Source: Alphaproteobacteria bacterium (lineage in GTDB: Bacteria > Pseudomonadota > Alphaproteobacteria > Micropepsales > Micropepsaceae). From it: 64,000 nucleotides of DNA. The stretch is taken from NCBI GenBank assembly GCA_021325375.1, contig JAJPHG010000033.1:230-64229 (forward strand). The letters run 5' to 3'. A program made the position numbers and the translations under genes. The notes below the pieces were generated by a model that was not told the DNA's origin, did no database searches, and worked only from the letters and a program-made list of their open reading frames with translations. The stretch's first letter is position 1. Every line of letters starts with the position of its first letter. This document shows, in pieces, positions 57,595-64,000 of the stretch.

Positions 57595-58487
57595 GCGCAG
57601 CGAAGAAGACGGCAGGCGGCGCGACGGTGATGGGCGTCGCGATCTCGCACCCGGACAAGGAATTCTGGCCCGGTATCTCCAAGCTCGATCTCGCGCGCTA
57701 CTTCGAAGCAGTGGGCGATTGGATCATGCCGCATATCGAAGGGCGGCCGTGCTCCATCGTGCGCGCGCCGGACGGCGTCGCGGGCGAGCGCTTTTTCCAG
57801 CGCCACGCGATGGCGGGGTCGTCGAAGCTGCTCTCCGTCGTCAAGGTCTCCGGCGACCGCAAGCCCTATCTCCAGATCGACCATGTCGAAGGCCTGGCAG
57901 CGGTCGCGCAGAGCGGCGGGATCGAGCTGCATCCCTGGAACTGCGCGCCCGGCAAGCCCGACATGCCGGGACGTTTCGTCTTCGACCTCGATCCTGCGCC
58001 GGACGTCGCGTTCGATCTCGTGGTCCGCGGCGCGCTCGAGGTCCGCGACCGGCTGAAGACGCTGGGCCTGGTGAGCTTCTGCAAGACCACGGGCGGCAAG
58101 GGACTGCACGTCGTCGCGCCTTTCTCCGCGGGCAGGATAGGCTGGAAGGATGCCAAGGCCTTCGCCAGGATCGTCTGCGAGCAGATGGCCGCCGACAGCC
58201 CGAAGCTCTATCTCACGACGATGGCGAAGAAGGACCGCGGCGGGCGTATCTTCCTCGATTATCTGCGCAACGACCGCATGGCGACGGCGGTCGCCCCGCT
58301 TTCTCCGCGCGTCCGCGACGGCGCGCCCGTGTCGATGCCGCTCACCTGGGCGCAGGTGAAGAAGGGCCTCGACCCGAAGAAGTTCAGCGTCCGCACCGTG
58401 CCCGCGCTGCTCAGGAAGAGCGCCGCTTGGAAGGGCTATGACGACGCCGGGCGCCCGCTCGCGGCGGCAATCAAGCGGCTGTCCTAG
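57591..58487 (+). CDS. ligD: LigD polymerase (primase-like) module (stand-alone)
   Basis: ISHPDK, FFQRH, FDLDP (DxD), KTTGGKGLH and FLDYLRN..MATAVAP motifs; ATGA overlap with the previous gene. Confidence 0.92.
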   Translation: MSAAKKTAGGATVMGVAISHPDKEFWPGISKLDLARYFEAVGDWIMPHIEGRPCSIVRAPDGVAGERFFQRHAMAGSSKLLSVVKVSGDRKPYLQIDHVEGLAAVAQSGGIELHPWNCAPGKPDMPGRFVFDLDPAPDVAFDLVVRGALEVRDRLKTLGLVSFCKTTGGKGLHVVAPFSAGRIGWKDAKAFARIVCEQMAADSPKLYLTTMAKKDRGGRIFLDYLRNDRMATAVAPLSPRVRDGAPVSMPLTWAQVKKGLDPKKFSVRTVPALLRKSAAWKGYDDAGRPLAAAIKRLS

Positions 58488-58803
58488 CGCAGGCTTGCGC
58501 GCAAGCACGGCAGGCGGCGACGCATTCCTCCATCCCTTCCATGTCCGCGCAATCGTCGGCGTATTCGCCGCAGACCGTGGCGCAGAGCCCGCACAGCTCG
58601 CGGTGGAACTGGCTCTTGTGGAGCATGAAATCCGCCGTCGTGGCGCAGATCGCGGCGCAATCGATCATCATCCGGAAATGCGGCGGTGCCACGTGATCGC
58701 CGCCCGTCTCCAGGCAATGCGTCATCGCCAGCCCTAGGCACACCTTGTGGCAATCGAGGCAGGCATCGATGCAGGCGGAAACGCTCCGGTCGAAGGCATG
58801 CAT
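58471..58803 (-). CDS. Four-helix-bundle copper storage protein (Csp/DUF326)
   Basis: Repeated CxxxC/CxxC spacing over about 110 aa, no signal peptide. Confidence 0.88.
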   Translation of the reverse strand: MHAFDRSVSACIDACLDCHKVCLGLAMTHCLETGGDHVAPPHFRMMIDCAAICATTADFMLHKSQFHRELCGLCATVCGEYADDCADMEGMEECVAACRACAQACARTAA

Positions 58804-58832
58804 GAGCGGCACTCCCCGTGAGTTCGAATAAC

Positions 58833-58857
58833 TACGCGCGGCCCGCGCATTCGTTCC
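58833..58857 (-). promoter_or_regulatory. EcfG-type promoter for the Csp gene
   Basis: Minus strand GGAAC-N16-CGTA. Confidence 0.6.
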
Positions 58858-61095
58858 TCAGATCACCACCACGATCATCGCGCCCTTCCATTTCTCCATC
58901 ACGCGCGCGGCGGTCTGGCCGACGGCCAAGTGGTCGCCGACGCGGCGGTTGGTGCCGAGCACGATCAGGTCGCTCTGCGACTCCTTCGCTTCGGCAAGGA
59001 TCGCCTCATGCGGCTCGCCCTGGGTGTGCATCGCGTTCACGATGTTTTCGTGACCGTAGCGCTTGGCGAGCGCCTTGACGTCGTCCTCCAGCGCGCGCTC
59101 GGTCTTGCGGCGGCGCAGGCGGCTGCGCGCGGGTGCGGCCCGGCGGTCGGCGACATGCAGCGCGATGGTCTTGCCGTCCTGGGCTGCCGCGATCGCGAAC
59201 GCGATCTCGGCACCGCGCCGGGCGGTGTCGGTGCCGTTCACGGGAACGAGCACGTTGAAGCCGCCCTCTTTCTTGAGATGCTCGCCGCCGATGACGAGCG
59301 CGATCGGGCCCTGGAAATCCGCCGCCGTGCGGTCGACCTCGGGCGCGAAATTGCCCTGGCTTACCATCTTCTCGATGCCGAGGAAGAGGATGTCGTAGCC
59401 TTTCGGCGCCTCCCTCGCGATCGCGGCCTTCGCGGTCTCCTGCGGCCGCGCGGAGACCTCGACGCGCTCGGGCTTGGCGTCGCCGTCGCCGTTGCCGCTT
59501 GCCTGATGGCCCTCTTTCGCGCCTTCGGTCGCGACGGAAGTGAGTGCGGCCGTCTCGACGGCGGTGGAGCTCTTCGCGCGCTTGATCGGCAGGACGGTGA
59601 CCGGGATGCCGCGCCGTCCCGCGATCACGCCGGCGAGCCGCGAGGCGAGCTTGCCGTTGGCGCTTTCGTCGGCCGCGATCAGGAGCCGCTCGAACTTGCT
59701 CACGAAGCCCTTGGCGTCGAGCTCTTCCTTCTCGAGACGCGTCTTCTCTTCTTTGCCCATGGGCAGGCGGCGCAGCGCCCAGCGCAGCATCGGCGGCATC
59801 GCCATGGTCGTGATCACCGCCATGGTCACGATCATGGTGTAGAGGTTCTGCGTCAGCGCGCCCATGGTCAGTCCGATGGAGGCGACGATGACTTCCGTCG
59901 AGCCGCGCGCGTTCATCGCGCAGCCGAGCGCCAGCGACTCGCGCAGCGAAAGCCTGCTCACCATGCCGCCTGCGAACGCGCCCGCGAACTTGCCGACGCT
60001 GGCCACCGCGACGAGGCCGAAGGTGAGAAGGGCGAGATGCGAGTCCTTCAGGATCGTCAGATCCGCCGACAGGCCGGACAGGCCGAAGAAGATCGGCATC
60101 ATGAAGGCGGTGATGAAGCCGCGCAGCTGGTCCTCGATATGTTTCGACAGGATCGGCGACTCTCCCACCAGCACGCCCGCGACGAAGGCGCCGAGCACGG
60201 TGTTGACCCCCATCTCCTGGGTCACCAGCGCGAGCAGGCACATGACGATCAGGATCGCGGTCACCACCGCATAGTCGCTGACGAAAGTGTCGTTGACCCA
60301 GCGGATCAGCCAGAAGACGAGCTTGCGTCCGACGGTGTAGCTGAGCACCAGGAACACCGCCGTGCCGATCACCGTCTTGGCGAGCGAGCCGAGCGCGAAG
60401 CCGCCGGCGCCCGCGATGCCCAGCGTGATGGAGACGATGATCCACCCCGTCGTATCCTCCATGATCGCCGACGCGACGATGATCTGGCCCAGGTTGCGGC
60501 GCGTGAAGTTCATCTCGCGCACGACCATGGCGACGATCTTGATCGAGGAGATCGAGAGCGCGGTGCCGAGAAAGAGCGAGGTGATCAGCCTGTGCTGCGC
60601 CACGGGCAGGATGGAGTCCGGGATGACCTGGCCGAGCGCGAAGCCGCAGATGAAAGGCACGGCCACGCCGGTCAGCGAGATCGCGATCGCGGGCAGCCCC
60701 ACCTTGCGCACCAGCTTCAGGTCCGTCTCCATGCCGGTGAGCAGCAGCAGCATCATCACGCCCATGTTGGCGACGCCTGAGATGAGATTTTTCTGCTCCG
60801 GCGTCTTTGGGAAGACGAGGTCGTGCAGGTGCGGCATCACCCAGCCGAAGAGCGACGGTCCCAGGATCAGGCCCGCGAGAAGCTGGCCGATCACCGCGGG
60901 CTGGCCGAAGCGCTGCATCACTTCGCCGAGCCCGCGCCCGATCAGCAGCAGCAGCACGATCTGCGCGACCAGTATGGCCTCGCCCGTGCCGCCCAGGCCG
61001 GTGCCGCCGGACGTCTTGGCCTGCGCGGCCATCGCCGCGCTCGCGACGCAGGCGAGCACGAGGCCCAGCAAGCCGGATGAAACCCTTCGCACCAC
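58858..61095 (-). CDS. CPA2-family cation:proton antiporter fused to USP domains
   Basis: GLILGPS, LSISS, GAFVAG and MNARGSTE motifs; C-terminal USP folds (LVPVNGT, LIVLGT). Confidence 0.9.
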   Translation of the reverse strand: MVRRVSSGLLGLVLACVASAAMAAQAKTSGGTGLGGTGEAILVAQIVLLLLIGRGLGEVMQRFGQPAVIGQLLAGLILGPSLFGWVMPHLHDLVFPKTPEQKNLISGVANMGVMMLLLLTGMETDLKLVRKVGLPAIAISLTGVAVPFICGFALGQVIPDSILPVAQHRLITSLFLGTALSISSIKIVAMVVREMNFTRRNLGQIIVASAIMEDTTGWIIVSITLGIAGAGGFALGSLAKTVIGTAVFLVLSYTVGRKLVFWLIRWVNDTFVSDYAVVTAILIVMCLLALVTQEMGVNTVLGAFVAGVLVGESPILSKHIEDQLRGFITAFMMPIFFGLSGLSADLTILKDSHLALLTFGLVAVASVGKFAGAFAGGMVSRLSLRESLALGCAMNARGSTEVIVASIGLTMGALTQNLYTMIVTMAVITTMAMPPMLRWALRRLPMGKEEKTRLEKEELDAKGFVSKFERLLIAADESANGKLASRLAGVIAGRRGIPVTVLPIKRAKSSTAVETAALTSVATEGAKEGHQASGNGDGDAKPERVEVSARPQETAKAAIAREAPKGYDILFLGIEKMVSQGNFAPEVDRTAADFQGPIALVIGGEHLKKEGGFNVLVPVNGTDTARRGAEIAFAIAAAQDGKTIALHVADRRAAPARSRLRRRKTERALEDDVKALAKRYGHENIVNAMHTQGEPHEAILAEAKESQSDLIVLGTNRRVGDHLAVGQTAARVMEKWKGAMIVVVI

Positions 61096-61132
61096 GCCCG
61101 CGTCCCGAATTGAGAAAGACTATCCGGATAAA

Positions 61133-61158
61133 AACGCGCGCCGGTTTGCGAAGGTTCC
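61133..61158 (-). promoter_or_regulatory. EcfG/sigmaT general-stress promoter for the antiporter
   Basis: Minus strand perfect GGAAC-N17-CGTT. Confidence 0.78.
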
Positions 61159-61178
61159 GCCCACAAGGGGAGGGGAAT

Positions 61179-63034
61179 TCACGCCACCGCTTTCGAGCGC
61201 GCGGGCGCGTTCTTCAGGATCGCTTTCAGCGCTTCGGGCGCGACGGGCTTCTGCAGCATGGGACAGGACGCGAAACGCTTGTCGATCGTGTGCTGGCCAT
61301 AGCCGGTCAGGAACACGAAGGGAATGCCGCGCGATTGCAGCAGCTCGGCCAAAGGATAGACCGACTTGCCGTTCAGGTTCATGTCCAGGATCGCGCCCTC
61401 GAACTGGCCTTCGGACGCGGCCGCCATCGCCTCGTCGAGGCCGGCATAGGGCTCGCTCGGCTCGAAGCCCCAATCGACCAGCATGTCGTGGAGCAGGATT
61501 CCGATCAGCGCCTCGTCCTCGACGAGCAGCAGCTTCCTGCCGAACGGTTGTCCGTCCGCGACGGGTGCGCCGCCGCGCGCGCTCTCGAGCCTGGCCGGGC
61601 CCGCGACCTGTCCGCAGGCGATGTCGATGCGGCAATGCAAACCTTCCGGCCGCCAGTCGAAGCGCGCCTCGCCTTTGCCGGACGTGCCGAGATTGGCGTT
61701 GATGATCTTCATGCCGAAGCCGGTGGCGGTGGGCGGCGTGACGTCCGGGCCGCCCTTCTCGGTCCAATCGAGGACGAGACGCCCGTCCTTCAATGTCCAA
61801 TGCACCGAAAGCTCGCCGTCCTTGGCCGACAGCGCGCCGTATTTCGCCGCGTTCGTCGCAAGCTCGTGCAAGGTGAGCGCGATCGATTGCGCGGTCTCGG
61901 GGGCGACGAGCAGGGAGGGCCCGTCGACGGCGATCGTCCGGTTGCCCGCGGTGCGATAGGGCGCGACCTCTTCCATCACGAGCCTGTGCACGTCGGCGCC
62001 CTGCCAGCGCGCTTGGCTGAGCAGCTCATGCGTCTGCGCCAGAGCGCGGATGCGGCCCTCGATGGTCTGCACGTAGCCCTCGAGCGTGTCGGCGCGGGCG
62101 AGGCGGATGATCGCCTGCACGATGGCGAGCGCGTTGCGCGCGCGGTGATCGACCTCGCGCGCGAGCAGCGCCTGGCGCATCTCCGCATCCTTGCGCTCGG
62201 TGATGTCGCTGGTGACGCCGCTGACACGCACCATGCGGCCGCCCGCATCGAAGCTCGCGACCGCCGAAACCGCGCACCAGCGCAGCTCGCCGCTCGGGCG
62301 CACGACGCGCGCCTCGAGCTTGTAGGAGCTGTTGGATTGCGAAAGCTCCGCGAAGGCGTGGTGAAGGCTCTCCATGTCCTCGGGGTGCACGGCGCGGCGG
62401 ATCGCCTCCAGCGTCGGCGCGAAATCGGTGTCGACGCCGAAGATGCGCCGGTGGCCTTCGTCCCATGTCCACATGTCGGAAGCGAAATCGTAGGCCCAGG
62501 AGCCCATGTCGCCCGCGGCGAGCGCCAGGCTGCGCCCCTGCTCGCTTTGCAACAGCCGCGCGGCCGCGGATTCGAGCGCCGCGGTGCGCTCCGACACGCG
62601 GCTTTCCAGCTCGCGGTTCAGCTCCTCGAGCTGGCGCGTCTTGCGATAGAGCTCGGCGAAGACCTTGACCTTCGCGCGCAGCACCTCGGGCACCACCGGC
62701 ACCGGCACGTAGTCGACGGCGCCCGCATTGTAGCCGCGCAGATAATCGGTCTCGGTCACGTGGATCGCCGAGATGAAGATGATGGCGATGCGCTGGAAGC
62801 GCGGATGCTCGCGGATCATCTTGGCGAGGTCGAAGCCGTCGAGCTCCGGCATGCAGACGTCGATCAGGATCACGGCGATGTCGGTCTTGAGAAGCTGTTC
62901 CAGAGCCTCGCGTGCCGAGCTGACCTTGATCAGGTTCTCGCCCAACCCGCCCAGCATCACCTCATAGCTGAGCAGCTTGGCCGGCTGGTCGTCGACCAGC
63001 AGGATGTTGACCTTGTCGGACGCGCTTTTCTTCA

Positions 63035-63035
<1 letters not shown>
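61179..63035 (-). CDS. Receiver-PAS-HWE histidine kinase-receiver protein
   Basis: N-terminal REC (LVDD, IDVCMP), PAS, EVDHRARN H-box, LHELATNAAKYGAL, WTEKGGP; C-terminal REC. Confidence 0.92.

Positions 63036-64000
<965 letters not shown>

Noticed and set aside
58471-58803. One expected Cys appears as Tyr (GEYADDC) in the Csp
   Set aside because: A single substitution among many Cys; not enough to claim altered function

Overview
GC-rich alphaproteobacterial chromosome segment (gene content and style suggest a Rhizomicrobium-like organism; this is inference). Left end: hydrolase, sulfotransferase, thioredoxin, OFA-MFS transporter, secreted PepF, HdeD, SIMPL and a tRNA(CAT), probably Ile2. 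From about 7.5 to 30 kb lies an accessory-looking block. It holds small paralogous membrane proteins, a PtsN (EIIA-Ntr) paralogue whose phospho-His is replaced by Cys, an outer-membrane beta-barrel, a full kdp system (extra small peptide, kdpFABC, kdpDE), cydP-cydABX, a cell-wall hydrolase, a FixK-like regulator with a kinase-less PAS protein, and a SLATT+SLOG gene pair. A 14-bp motif (ATGGAATTYTTAYG), paired with a weaker copy exactly 33 nt upstream, recurs at six places around the kdp locus. From 32.6 to 56.2 kb is an aromatic catabolism supercluster: iorAB, cyclase, anthraniloyl/salicylyl-CoA monooxygenase operon, TetR (PaaR-like), 2-oxoacid dehydrogenase E1/E2, P450 and paa genes. The right end is a general-stress-type cluster (DUF4142, split ligase-less LigD, Csp, CPA2-USP antiporter, HWE kinase, hybrid kinase) with EcfG-type promoters. 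No CRISPR array, rRNA, integrase or transposase was seen. All family calls come from motif recognition; no database search was run.
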